From: Felis catus
Lineage: Eukaryota
Assembly (NCBI RefSeq): GCF_018350175.1
Contig: NC_058368.1
Span: 184,080,001 to 184,144,000, forward strand
Direction: 5' to 3'
Length of the DNA: 64,000 nt
This document shows, piece by piece, positions 26,779 through 39,820 of the stretch (the first letter of the stretch is position 1; each line of letters starts with the position of its first letter). The notes under the pieces were generated by a model. The model was not told the DNA's origin, ran no database searches, and was given only the letters and a program-made list of their open reading frames with translations. The translations under genes and the position numbers were made by a program.

Positions 26779-28409
26779 TAAAAATTCACAAGGTACAAAG
26801 AAGTGGTATTTTATTATTTCCAGAAAACGATATTTTGTGAGAGATGAAAACAGGGAATAAACAGTCACTGCATTCCAGAGGTGTGGGCCTTTTTACGGAG
26901 AGGGTGAAGGTTAATAAAATGGAAGGCTGTGGCTTATGGAGATAAAGTTGGCACAATCTGCAATTTTACCAAATTCTCGAGCTATCTAGAATCAAAAAGT
27001 ATCAAAAGGATAATCAGTTTTAGGGGAGGAAGGGAGAAAAGTGGCTCGCATAAGTTTCTCTAGTCCATTCTTTCATACGGACAGGTACTTTTTACAGTTT
27101 TAAACCTTATGCACAAAGCTCTGCAAATGCTATTCGTAGCTAAGTCCACCATACTCCTCATCAGTCAGCTTCCTACTCCTGAGCCCAGGCCTTCTTGTAC
27201 AGCAATACTGGAGACAGCACTTTGCACCAAATAGGCTGTGTCACAATCTTACAAGTGGAGTTTTTGTTTCCTTACGAATTTTCATTCTATGTCTACACAA
27301 AGACCTCAATTTATTCCCCCCCTTCAACAAATTACTTAATGTCAGCTCATTTTTTAAAGGCAGATATTTTGTATTTCATACTCAGCAATTAAATAACATT
27401 TCCAGGGCAGATCACCTTTTCCTTCCCTTCCAGGGTCTGTGCCTTAATGCGTCCTTATTATCTTTTAAGAAAATAACAAATGGGGCACCATCAGGGAGTG
27501 ACCATTCAATCCATTTTCCTGTTCCCACTAGCGCAGTATTTGTCATTTCCCCCCTCATGGCTGCCAACAAGCTTTCAGTTTACCGAGTTCCATCAAAACA
27601 CTCCAGGTGCTTTGGGCTTTTGCTTTCTCTGTTACAGATTGGCTTTATTTACATTGGTTCCAAATGTGACAAAAAGCAAACAAACAATTATGCACATGGT
27701 CCAGACGTGGCTCCTCTTGTAACTCAAATGAAAGAAGCCCGGCAATGTCACCCAGCCCCAGCTCTCTCCATGGGCCTGACGGAATGCACTAGCACTGAAC
27801 TGGGAAGTTGCCAGCCTGGCTGATGAGCCCTAATTGCAGGAATGCTGCTCACTGCCAGCAATTATGCAGGCATAGTTAAATTAGATGCGTTCGTTCTGTC
27901 TAGGTCATAATGGCACTTTTTCTGTTGCTGTATGAAGATCTAGCCAAGATCTCAGAAATTATGTTCCTTGGTTGAGGAAGGTATAAATAATTTTAGTAAA
28001 TTAAATAATAAGTGTTCTTTCGGGGGTTGGCCTTAGAAATAACTGTGAGGAGATACATCTTAGTCCTTTGTTTTTCTAGCATCACCAATTTACCTGTGCC
28101 AAATTCTGATTCCCTCTGGCTTGTCTTTATATATTCCATATCTCTGGCCAGGAACATCAAATAGATTTTTATTTAATGTGTCAAGTTTGGGAACAATTTT
28201 TTGGAAGTTGGTTGAAAATATTTGGAGGTGGCTTAATGGAGCTCAGTGGGAAAGTGCAAGGATCAATTAGCAATGTTTGGTATGGCATGTGACATCTCTA
28301 TTTTATAGACATCTCCTCCAACCCTGCATGGAGAGGAGATTCTCCAAAAGCCTGTTTTCAACTATTTTGAGGTAACATGTTGACATGGTTACTTCTCAGT
28401 CAGTGATGA

Positions 28410-28937
28410 TGTGGCAAGTAGCATATATTTTCTTCCTTACTTAACATCTATCCCCATTTATTTTTCTTGACTCTTCCTGTACTCCAGAGGCCACAGGGGT
28501 AAAAAGGACACTTCCCAGATTGCCTTGCATGCAAAGTTCTAGATTCTACTAGGTTCTGCCAGTTAGATTCATTAATGTGAAACTTGATTTTCAGTACTGA
28601 CTTATATGAGGAAAAAAGGCAGTGCTCAAAAAATCCATATTGGCTTGAGTAGATAGTAGCTGATAAAGTGTGAGCCTGAATCCAACAAATTTAGAAGCAG
28701 TTTACTGATTCCCTCATCGCAGCTCAGGTGGAGCAGTTTTAGCTCCCCTTAGTTTCTTTGCAGCAGGGAAAATCATGCCTGGGTCAGTGCAGCTCGGTGG
28801 AGTTGGTGGGGAGTTGATCTTGGAGGCTGACTCTGGAGCTTTCTCCAGAAGTCTTCCAGCCCCTTCTATGAGCACTTAATTGGCTCTTAAATAGCTACAA
28901 TGGTTTCTGTTATCTACAAATGTCCTCGACTGATACA
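28410..28937 (+). mobile_element. ERVL solo LTR (LTR33-like)
   Basis: TG...CA ends; ACTTCCCAGATTGCCTTGCA...AGGTTCTGCCAGTTAGAT; 3' TGGTTTCTGTTATCT...GACTGATACA. Confidence 0.65.
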
Positions 28938-29644
28938 GACTGAAGCATATTAGATCAGGATGGAAACAAGACCACAAGACACACTGGAACTATGGCATTC
29001 TGCCAGTCTTACCATTGTTCTAGAACCTAGGACCCCTGATGATACTTCCTCACATCTGAAAAAAAAAATCTGTCTCTCGCAACTCATTGTCAATTTCACC
29101 CTTTCTATGAAGGTTCCCCACTGAATTCCACCCCAAACTATCACCTCCAAGCAAACTGAGACTTTCTCTATTCACATGACATAATATGTTGCTTATATTT
29201 TGAGCACTTTTCCTTCAATCATATATACTCTAACCTAAAATCTGGTGGGGCTGTTAATCCCCAAAAGCTTGGTTGTAAAGATACACTTACGTGTTCGTGT
29301 GAGTTTTCAGTGGGTGCGTCCAAGTTCCTCTGTATGTGCACAGTTACTATAATCCAGTATATTTTCAATAATGCTGGTTCACTTCAATCAAAATAATTAA
29401 CATCAGTTTATCCTAAGTTAAAATACATAACATATTGCTCTTAACCTCTAACAGATTATTATAATCTATTATAATGTAATAGAAATTAATCTCTAACGAT
29501 GGAAGTTCAGTTTTAGTTTAAATGACAAGATATTCTTTTTATCTAAAAGTATTTATGATGTTTCAATTAATGGAATTAGAGGTGATGAGTAGAAATACGT
29601 ACGGGCTAATTGGGGAGGATGCCAAGCACTGAGCAAAGCATGTT

Positions 29645-29874
29645 AATGTTTATTTATTTATTTTTGAGAGAGAGAGAGAGAGAAAGAGCACAAGTGGGAA
29701 AGGGACAGAGAGAGAGAGAGAGAGAGAGAGAGTGAGGGACACACAGAATCTGAAGTAGGCTCCAGGCTCCAAGCTATCAGCACAGAGCCCAATGTGGGGC
29801 TCAAACTCATGAACTGTGAGATTATGACTTGAGCCAAAGTTGGACGCTTAACCAACTGAGCCACCCAGGTGCCC
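29645..29874 (-). mobile_element. Can-SINE
   Basis: Reverse-complement SINE with (GA)n tracts, ending CTGAGCCACCCAGGTGCCC. Confidence 0.95.
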
Positions 29875-30089
29875 TGAGAAGATATTTTTTAATATGGATC
29901 TGTGTGGGCTAGCATAAAAGGACGTGTGGTGGGAGAAGAGAAAAGAGTAAGACAATAATCCCCAAGCATGTCAAATTCATTTAAATCTGCAGCTACCACC
30001 TTTATTGCCTCCAAATCCTGGTTCTTTTGGTACTGCTTCTATAGGGTTGGTCTCTTTTTATTAGATCATAACCTCAGAGCCAATATAGA

Positions 30090-30295
30090 ATGCTTATGAA
30101 TCCAGGCTGTGGAGTTAATATGCCTGGTTTCAGATCCCATCACTAGCATTTGCCACCATTGTGTGACCCTGCACATTTATTCATTCTTTGTTTCAGGGGA
30201 CTTGTGTATAAGATGATAATAACATATAACTTAAATATATACATGTCAAAAAGAGTGCCAGAAAACATAACATCTATGTTAGCAATTATTATTAT
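30090..30295 (+). mobile_element. MIR SINE fragment
   Basis: GGCTGTGGAG...TGCCTGGTTTCAGATCCC...TGTGTGACCCTG. Confidence 0.6.
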
Positions 30296-30999
30296 TATCT
30301 AATGATGTTTTTCCTGCCATAAAAATGAATGCATCAAATTCAAATCACGTAGTTTTATGAAATTAAAAGTACATACTGGTTATCTGACCAATATAAAGAG
30401 CTAGAATGCTGACTAGCCTGATGTTCACAGGTCCCTTTTGACACTGAACCTGTAAGTTAAATTTTATGAGCTCCATTTTGTAACAAACAGAAAAAAAGTA
30501 TTATGTGAACAAGTCTCTCCAGCCTAACTAACTAGAAATTCCTCTTTGTACAGGTGACTTTCCATATCACTTTTGGGGAAGGTGAGCTGCCATCCTTTGG
30601 CCTTAAAGAAAATAAGAGTAGCTTCCTACACAGTGGCTGGCACAATCAAACCATCATGCTATATGCTCATATTTATAGTGATGCATGTCAGCTGTTTCTC
30701 AGTACAACTGGGGAAAAAAGATATTTGTTGATTGAACAGATGAATAAACATATTGCCAAATAATCACGAGTAAGCGAATAAATTAACTCATTAAAAATGC
30801 AATGTTTTTAAAATTATTTTTCCCAAAAATTTGTCTCAGAGGTCACTTGAGAGGACTGAGGAATAGGGCTAGTGCAAAAAACCTTGAGTGACCGGGTGTT
30901 GGCTGTTTTTAAAGTTCATATATCGAGAATCTGCAAAAGAGGAAGAAATTATAAAGCCACAAGTTTGTCAAGAACTGCTATAGAATTCCAAGAATTGGC

Positions 31000-32682
31000 C
31001 ATCCCGACCCCTAGTCTTTAGTGTAGCCAAGAGATACCTCCTCTTAATGTCTTAATATTAATTTTACCTAGTCGTCATGCAGCCAAAAAGCCAACTTTGT
31101 TCACATGAATGAAATTGATTGATACATTCAGACTATCGGCTTCTTGCAGTGTCAGATTTGCCAGTCTGGGGGCAGGAATGGAGTGTTTCTATTGCACCCA
31201 AAAGGGAAGTAAATAACGGAGTCTAGTTTAAACCTGACGGCAGTATAGGCCACACTTCCAGGCCAAACCACTAAGTGAAAAGTCACCTGTTCTGAGAGGC
31301 TGGATACAGATCTTGTCCCTTTTCAAACTCCTTGCTCAAGGGGATGACCACAGGTTGCCTAGAACTCTCACTGAGCTGCTTCTCAGCTGAGGGCCATTTG
31401 TGTGTGTGTTTCCAATTGGCAATTCAAAAGGTCAGAAAAAGATTGGATCAACTTAAACTTTACAGCAGCAAGATTGCAATGGGCTCTTTGTGTCTGCCTT
31501 TATTATTATCTCAGTGGTTGAAAATGCCCCTCTGCGTTCACCTGCCCTTGGAAGGATGAGAGGAATAATGCAGTCTTTAATTTCGGATCTTGCTTTAAGT
31601 CCATCCTGCTGTGATTCTTTTTCCAGTGGAAAAAGGCCATTTGACGATTTTTGGCATTGCCTAACCAGTATAGTGCTGCTGTTTTTGATGTTAAAATAGA
31701 CCTCATCCCCGCTTCTCCTACTCCAAGCTTATACAAACCAGTTTCTGTCACCATCTTGCTCTTAATAGTTTACATCCTCCCGAAAAAATGACGGGCTGGC
31801 GATTTTCAAATCACTTGAAAAATAACCAGACTCTGCAAAATTGAACTAAATATTTGTTAAGATGTTTCTTTGTGTGTGTGACATTTTAAATGGCTTTTTT
31901 TTTCTGTCTGCACAACTGGACCATAAATTTGTAGAGGCCGGTTTTATGCAGTGTCTTGATATGTTCTGTTGGATTCTGGATCCAGATTTTAAGGGGAAGG
32001 AGGAACATGTTGAACAGTAAAAGCCTTGGCTCGTCTTTAAGGTATGGAAAGGGACAACATGAATTCACAGCTCGTGCTCAGGTTCATGATTGTTCTGCCA
32101 TCTTTGGAGGAACTTGGCTGGAACATATGTGCAAGCTACATCTTAAATCAATTTATCCCTGCAGTTTGTTTATCATTCTGCTTGCACGTGAGTTTATTTG
32201 TTTCTACCAAAAATCAGAGAAAGAACTAACATCCTCTGCGTAAGCGGCGATATGATGCTATGAAAAAGTTTATTTTTTCCGTTTAATTACTTCTTTACAT
32301 ACATTTACAGTAATTAGACATCAGATGCAGTAGCTAAAGCAATTACTATATGTCATTTCAGAGAATTACAGTATAAACATACAGTAAATACTCAATAATC
32401 CATGACAAGCTACTTAAAAAGTAATAAGGAAATTTAATTTAAAATGTGGGAGCCGAGATGCATGATGTGCTTCTGAATGAAATGCCCACAATTACAAAGG
32501 AGAGATTCCAGCTTTGAAAATCCACCACTATTAATTTATTACCTTTCACAGTGTGGGTCACTGGCCTTCCCCCTTCAAAATTAACATTAACAATGTATGA
32601 TAAATAGCCTCTTATAAAATGGAAACTCTTCTGTCTCCTGCTCTCTCCCCTCTTCTCTTTTTCCCTTCCTAGCTCTCTCCTC

Positions 32683-32733
<51 letters not shown>

Positions 32734-32830
32734 AAAACCCAGGTGACACTTAAAGTCCATTAATTTGACAGCACCAAAATTCAATTTGTAATAACATCAC
32801 AGTGACCCTTCTTGACTTTCATTATTAAAA
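31000..32830. promoter_or_regulatory. Candidate conserved non-coding or enhancer block
   Basis: No recognisable interspersed repeat; about 20 CpGs in 31.0-32.5 kb by eye; CACGTG, TAATTA, AACAATG and TGACAG motifs. Confidence 0.35.
32692..32731. repeat. (CA)20 microsatellite
   Basis: Direct reading. Confidence 0.97.
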
Positions 32831-32889
32831 GTCTTTCCCTCCCCACATTACAACACACTATAATAAAATGCATAGGGAATTTAAAACTC

Positions 32890-33090
32890 ATTGGAGCTGA
32901 GTTCAAATCTCAGCTCATTTACTGAGGTGCCTTGGGCAAGTTGCTCGACTCCTGTGTCTCAGCGTATTCCTAAGGCAGAGATGCAACTATTTATCAGCGA
33001 GTTGTCTGACGTGAGCTGTCTGACATAACGTGAGTAAAGTATCTATCTGGGGTGAATTAAGCACCTGAGACTAATGGCTGTTAATCTTAT
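32890..33090 (+). mobile_element. MIR SINE fragment
   Basis: CTGAGTTCAAATCTCAGCTC...CCTTGGGCAAGTT. Confidence 0.75.
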
Positions 33091-36000
33091 GTTATCCATT
33101 TATTTGTCTGAATGCATTTAATAAGTCTGGGACACTGACTCTTTTCTACTTAGACATTTGCAGCCTTCATAACTTCTTAGAATTATCACTTTGATGCATT
33201 TATCAACTGGTATGTGATGTAAATTTTTCTTCCATTTATTAAAAAATTTAAGGTGCAACGTTCTCCCAACAGATATCAAAAACTGAAGACTAACTCAGTC
33301 TTCACCATTTTAAATTCACTTACGGTTTTATAAATTCATGTCTTAATTATCCTTAACAGTCTGTCAGGATTGCAGATTGTCTCCCTGCCTCCCATTGCCC
33401 CACAAGGACCTCGTTCTCCAGTAGGGTATAATGAGAACAGTATAGAGGAGAGAAAATGAAGTCTGGATTTACCACTCAGACCTGTCAAATTTTGGAAAGA
33501 TGATTAAGCCTGTGGCAGCCTTACTTTTAAAAAATGGGACACTAGTACCTACTTCATAAGTTTGTTATGAGGATCAAATGGTACAATATCATTCATTCAT
33601 GTATTCATCATACTCGAGAATGAATTTTGCCTACTCCCCAGATCAGCTCCTCCCAAAATATGTTCCACTAAATCACCGTACAGGTGATGCTTTGCCAAAC
33701 AGTTTCAGAATCAACAGGTTCGAGGAATGTCACTTAATTCATTCCCTCCTTATTTATTTCTGATATAAGTAGGCATATTAAAGCTTCAAAAGACCAATAA
33801 TGGTTAAGCAGAATGGCTGGGGCTTAGGATATATTCATTTCTATTTCAGGCATTACAAATTACCCTCCCAGTTTATTACATTAATTTATATTGCCACCAA
33901 AAGTATAAGGATATGATCTTACAACAATGTGGGGATATACTGATACCATAGCCTCTCTGCCTAACCCCTGATTTTACAGATGAGTGAAACTGAATTCGAG
34001 AGATGGAATTACTCAGAAGACATCGTCTACAATTGTGTTCCAATAAATCCCACAGTGAATTTGTGAGAACAAGTTTCTACAGTTGGAAATATCAGTTGAT
34101 ATCCTACTGAATGCTAATCAGGATGTCAGGGATTTGTTTATACTTAATCTTTTCAGAATTCCTTTCAGACAGTCACTAATGCATTTCAATATTGCAAAGG
34201 TGACTCAGAGAAATGAGGACAGATGTTGGGTGTCACAGAGCACCAAGCAGTGGTCTTACATCCTCGCGCTCTGGTCTGCCTGAATCTGATGAGACATTTT
34301 TGGTGAACACTCCACTGCACTAGGCAGCTAGAGTAGGTAAATCAGAATGGAACTTCTGGTTACATTTACTAATATAAATGCTTGATTCTACTATAATGCA
34401 TCAAATCACTCAAGGGAAATATTACCCCTATAAGTTTAAGGGGAATAAAGGTAATGAGAAAATTGGTTCTTGGTCTTTACTTCCTATCATTTATAAGATC
34501 TCCTGTGTATCAGGGAAACTTCAGCCAACTGTAAAAGCTAGTATCTATTTCAGAGAAAGCGAAGGGAATTACGGCAAAGGGGGGCAATCTCAGCAGAGTC
34601 AACTGGATATAATCTTTGAGTGCCAGAACACCGCTCAGTTCACTAGGACTCATGTCAAGACTGTGTCTTACTTTTCATCCTCCTGATAATTGCCTCTGGA
34701 CTCATCAATCATGGTAAAGGCATTGCATATTACACTCCCCCTGCCCCTTTCTTTATCAGAAGTTCCCCAGGTTTCTTTTTTTTCCAGGCACATCAGTTCA
34801 AAACTGGTCAAGCCTTTTGGAATGAATCAAATGTCATGACAGAAATAAGATAGCTCTAAAAGCTTCTTCACACCCTTCCCCAGAAGCTGATATGGAATCA
34901 CTACCTACAACAGAGTTTCCAGGCTGGGTCCTGTTCTGTGACATGTGTATTCAGTAATGGATTTTCCACCATTTCCCTTAGGACAGTACTTCTGAATCCA
35001 ATCTCTCTGTCAGAACATTTTTTACCCACGTTTTATCAGGATTCTCTCTCCCCTTCACATTTCAGCATTTCATCCCATTATTTGTGGTCCTGGTCCTGTC
35101 CTCTGTGCCAGGGTAAATAATCACAGCCTCCTTCAGCTTCTCTCTGTCTCCCTGCCACTGTGCCCTTTTGTTGTTCATTTTATCTTGTATTTTCATGGCT
35201 GGTGACTTTATTCCACTTTTGTAGTAACATGAGCCCACCGATCCCTTCATTTGCATTTTCCCAAAAATATAAAAGACGTTTAAATTCTAGAATCCCATGA
35301 TTTGGATCTGTCTAAAGAGCAGATTTAGAAATAAAGCCATTGCAATCTTTAAATTATGGAAAGAAAGATGAGCGTTATGGATTTTTTTAAAAAGAAGAAG
35401 AAAAGGAAAAAAAAAAACAGGACCATCTTTACTACTATCAAATACAAAACCATTATAAGTCCAGGTATGCTCTCCCCCAGAATGAATACAGAGAAAAGCC
35501 TATTCCTCCAGGAAAGATTTGGAAGTACTTTTTAAGCTTACTGAGGTCTTGTGGAGAATTATGATTACAACAAACCTGGGAAATGATTGTTGTTACAGAA
35601 TGCCTGCAAAGAAGGTTTATTTTATGCCAAAGAGCTTAGCTTATTTCAGAATTAAATCAAAACAGCCTTTGTGTCTCTGAGGTTGAGCAGTTCATTGTTT
35701 TCTTCTGGCAAAGCATGACAAGGTTGAGCCGTCTTGGTCTCCAGCCCCTTCACCCCTCGTCCCGGTGGACAGCACGTCAGGTTATATTGTGTACACAGAC
35801 ATGTTGGCAATTTAGCTATATTTGAGGATTGAAAGCATGTTGGGACTACCATGGGACCCCCAGTGCAGTACTTTAGTCAGTCCCTTTTAAGTTGTAGGTA
35901 AATTTGCTGCCCTTTGAAAAATTATTATTATTACTACTATTGTCAACACTAAAGTGGACAAAGAGAACGTACTTGCATACACTTCTCCCTCTTTACATTT

Positions 36001-37522
36001 TCTAATAAACTTTGACAAGTTACACACTGCAAAAAAAAATTACAGACTTCTCATAAGACAGTATTATCTCATTACATTTTGGCGAATAGTCATTTAAAGA
36101 TTTTAGGGCTTCTAATTGTCAAAGTTCACTCAAATTCAGGATATAGATACTCCAATGTGGCATAATAGCAAAATATATCCTAGCAAGTTCTGAACACTAC
36201 TCAAGCAACCCCACTAGAACCAAATGAGGTATATGGAATATTCAAGAATCATTCTTTAGCCAATATTATAATTCTTCTCTTTTTCTCTTCCTCTTCTCCC
36301 TACTCTTGCTCCTCTTCCTCCTCAGCCTCCTCTTCTGCTTTTTCAGACCAGATGATAATTTGACTTTTATATGGTACTGAAAATTATTTGCAACTCCTCA
36401 GATACATCACTGTTTTCTTCAACAAAAGTCATCATGATTAAAAATAACATATTATATCCGGCACATCTGACTTTCAACAGCAAAACGAAATATCCATCAG
36501 ACCAAACAGAAGTCCTGAGCACCATCTTAAAGACACATTTTCCTAAATAACAAATTCATGACTGAGCGGTCCTTGCCCATCTTATACCCTCCTCACTTTA
36601 TCATCTACCAACTGATGGAAAATTCACTTTAATAACTACTTGGTAGGGTCATCAAAAAGGATCAATGCAGTAATAAATGAAAAACACTTTTACATCACTA
36701 AATTCTAGGTGATAGAAATGGGAGTGATTTTATATTCATATAGACTTTATAGTACTTTCCAAATTCTCCTAATTTAATATTGGGAAAGAAAAGTCATATA
36801 CTATAAACTATAAGGTGCTTTGCAGTGGAATTATTAATTAGGATAGCATTATTTGGTGGAGGTGGAAATTCTTGGAAGCAATTAAAAGAAGAATAAGGAC
36901 ATGAGATTAGATAATAATGATTACATAAATATGGGGAATAACTGACATTAAAGGTGAAAGAGTTAAACCAGAAAGAAATGTTTGAGAAAGCTCTCAATTC
37001 TTACAATATGCAATTTTACTCTAAAATTAATTTATTCTCATTTCAGAGAGATGGGTTTCTAAATAAGAAAATCATAGCAACCTTCACATTTCATTGCTTA
37101 TGGAATTGTAAAATATATTGCATACAATTTCTGGTTCCTCTGCCCCATGGGAATCAGTTAGAAGAGAAAGAATAATCCAGCAAGGCCTGAGGACACCAAG
37201 TATTTTAACCAGAGCATCTTGGTTTTCTCAGAACAGTCCAGGTTTTAACCACTGAAACATTAACACCCTTTTGAAGAATATTACAATTGGTCTAATTTAA
37301 ACACTTCACCTTGGATTTGTATTCTCTGCCCAAGAGGAAAAACATACAAAGTATGTACAAGGTTGAAAACCTAAAAACTGGTCCAAATGTTCCTCTAGAA
37401 GAAACACTGCCTGCAGGGCTCACAAATGTATTCAAATGTTAGCATAAGGTCCCAACACGCTGAGTATAAAGCAGAGAGGACTGACCAAGCTGTTCCTTCC
37501 CAACTCAGATTTAAAATTACCA

Positions 37523-37691
37523 AGGGCACCTGCGTGGCTCAGTCAGTTAAGTGTCTGACTTTGGCTCAGAGCTCAGAACCCATGTCAGACTCTTTGCTCT
37601 CAGCTTCTCTGTCTCCCTTTCACTCTGGCCCTCTGCTGCTCACTCACACACACTCTCTCTCAAAAATAAATAAATACATTTAAAAATAAAA
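37523..37691 (+). mobile_element. Can-SINE (internally deleted)
   Basis: GGGCACCTGCGTGGCTCAG head and A-rich tail; lacks the GTCATGATCTC block. Confidence 0.88.
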
Positions 37692-37702
37692 TAAAATTTC
37701 CA

Positions 37703-37912
37703 GGGTGCCTAGGTGACTCAGTAAGTTAGGTGTCTGATTTAGGCTCAGGTTATGATCTCATGGTTCGTGAGTTTGAGCCCCACATCAGGGTCTGTGCTGA
37801 CAGCTCATAGCCTGGAGCCTGCTTTGGATTCTGTGTCTCCCTCTCTCTCTGTCCCACCCCTGCTTGCTCTCTGTCTCTCAAAATGAATAAACATTTAAAA
37901 AATAAAATAAAA
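37703..37912 (+). mobile_element. Can-SINE
   Basis: Full-length SINE directly behind the previous one. Confidence 0.95.
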
Positions 37913-37953
37913 TAAAATTTCTAAAATATTTTGCATATAATAATTTGGTTTCA

Positions 37954-38162
37954 GGGGTGCCTGGGTGGCTTAGTCGGTTAAGCATCCGACTTTGGTCATG
38001 ATCTCTCAGTCCATGGGTTCAAGCCCTGTGTCGGGCTCTGTGCTGACAGCTCAGAGCCTGGAGCCCACTTAGGATTCTATGTCTCCCTCTTTCTCTGTCT
38101 CACCCCTGCTCACGCTCTGTCTCTGTCTCTCAAAGAATAATAAACATTTAAAAAATTAAAAA
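37954..38162 (+). mobile_element. Can-SINE
   Basis: Full-length; TSD AATAATTTGGTT. Confidence 0.95.
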
Positions 38163-38326
38163 AATAATTTGGTTGTAAAGTTGATCTGTCTTACAGTTAC
38201 ATTTAGCAGCTGTGTATGTACAATAACACACTAAACAAGTAACTTATACAAATTCACACTTCAGTGAAACGAAGCCATAAAAGTCACATGCCAGTAGCTA
38301 ATACTTTATCTAAAAATATTTTGTGC

Positions 38327-38514
38327 TTGAGACAGAGAGAGACAGAGCATGAACGGGGGAGGGGCAGAGAGAGAGGGAGACACAGAATCGGAAGTGTGCT
38401 CCAGGCTCTGAGCCATCAGCCCAGAGCCCAACGCGGGGCTCGAACCCACGGACTGTGAGATCGTGACCTGAGCTGAAGTCAGACGCTCAACCGACTGAGC
38501 CACCCAGGCGCCCC
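38327..38514 (-). mobile_element. Young Can-SINE lacking its A-rich tail
   Basis: CpG-rich reverse-complement SINE ending GCCACCCAGGCGCCCC; no TTTATTTATTT tail. Confidence 0.95.
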
Positions 38515-39034
38515 AGAGGCATGAATTCTAATTATTATCTCAAAGTTATTCTTTCTCTGAGTGAATCAGAACTCTAATTTCAGGCAGGGGATAATGTATT
38601 CAACATTGTCGATCATTTAAGCAAAATACTACTCTTAGCACTTATCAGCTAAACTATAATGTCTTGCAGAGCTTAGACAGCAGTTTCCAAAGAATATTAT
38701 CACTTTGGCCTTTCCTTTCTTGTTCAATATGTATAATGCCTGATGAGAATAGGATTACATTTTCAAAAAGTGTAAACCTCTGCTGGTAATTAGTGTAATT
38801 CTACCCTATGCATTATTTAACAATAACAACAACAAAAAGATACAAGTTTTATTTCGTGAGATATCACTTTTCTGTGAAAAGTCTCTGGGTTTTTGGGATA
38901 AGATATTCACAGAACTATCTAATCACAAACTATACTGTGTTCTTGAGAGTTAAGGACATTTAATTTTTTTTTCCTAAGAAGAGATGCATGCAATTGATTT
39001 CCTCCCCATGACAGATTTTTAAAACATAGAAATA

Positions 39035-39258
39035 GGGGTGCCTAGGGAGCTCAGTTGGTTAAACATCTGACTTCAGTTCAGGTCGTGATCTCATAGTTTG
39101 TGAGTTTGAGCCCTGCATCAGGCTCTATGCTGACAGCTCAGGGCCTAGAGCCTGCTTTAGATTCTGTGTTTTCCTCTCTCTCTGCCTCTCCCCCACTCAC
39201 AATCTGTCTCTCTTTCTCTCTTTCTCTCTCTCTCTCGAAAATAAATATTAATTTTTTT
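39035..39258 (+). mobile_element. Can-SINE
   Basis: Head GGGGTGCCTAGGG; TSD AAACATAGA. Confidence 0.94.
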
Positions 39259-39664
39259 AAACATAGAGATGATACTATTTTGTGAATTATTTCACTGGGT
39301 CTTTCGTCATTCCCCCCTGTAAATTAAAAGTAGAAAAAAGTATAGCTGTGCACACAAGCTCCATTATCAAAATAAGAAATGACATCTTACTTGTGTAAAG
39401 GGAGTAACTAACACTCTTTATTCTAGATAACTGCCATATGTAAACACAGAAAATTTAGAGGTATGATTTCTACTTCTAGAACATTCTTAAAGAGCAATAA
39501 AGTAGATACTTTCTCATTATTTACATGTATATGTTTGTATACATGTATATACACAGACCATTTGTAAACACATTTTAGGCTCTGATTACATATGCTAACT
39601 CTAAATTTTGGCAATAGTAGTGATTTATACTAGTGTCTACTAGAGTTATGGGAATGTCACTAAA

Positions 39665-39820
39665 TTCATATGTATCAGAACCATTAAAGTGCTTACAAAA
39701 AATGCAAATTAATGACCACATTCTAGATCAAATGATTCAGAATTTCTGAAAGTACAATCAGAGTCTTCATTTTTTACTAGTTTCTTGATTTTGATCCTTA
39801 ACAATTTGAAGAACATTGGT
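39665..39820. mobile_element. MER5-like hAT-Charlie fragment
   Basis: TGTATCAGAACC...AAAATGCAAATT...GATTCAGAATTTCTG...TTGAAGAACATTG. Confidence 0.5.

Noticed and set aside
34378..34686. 102-aa ORF
   Set aside because: No recognisable domain or convincing splice context; length is within chance expectation
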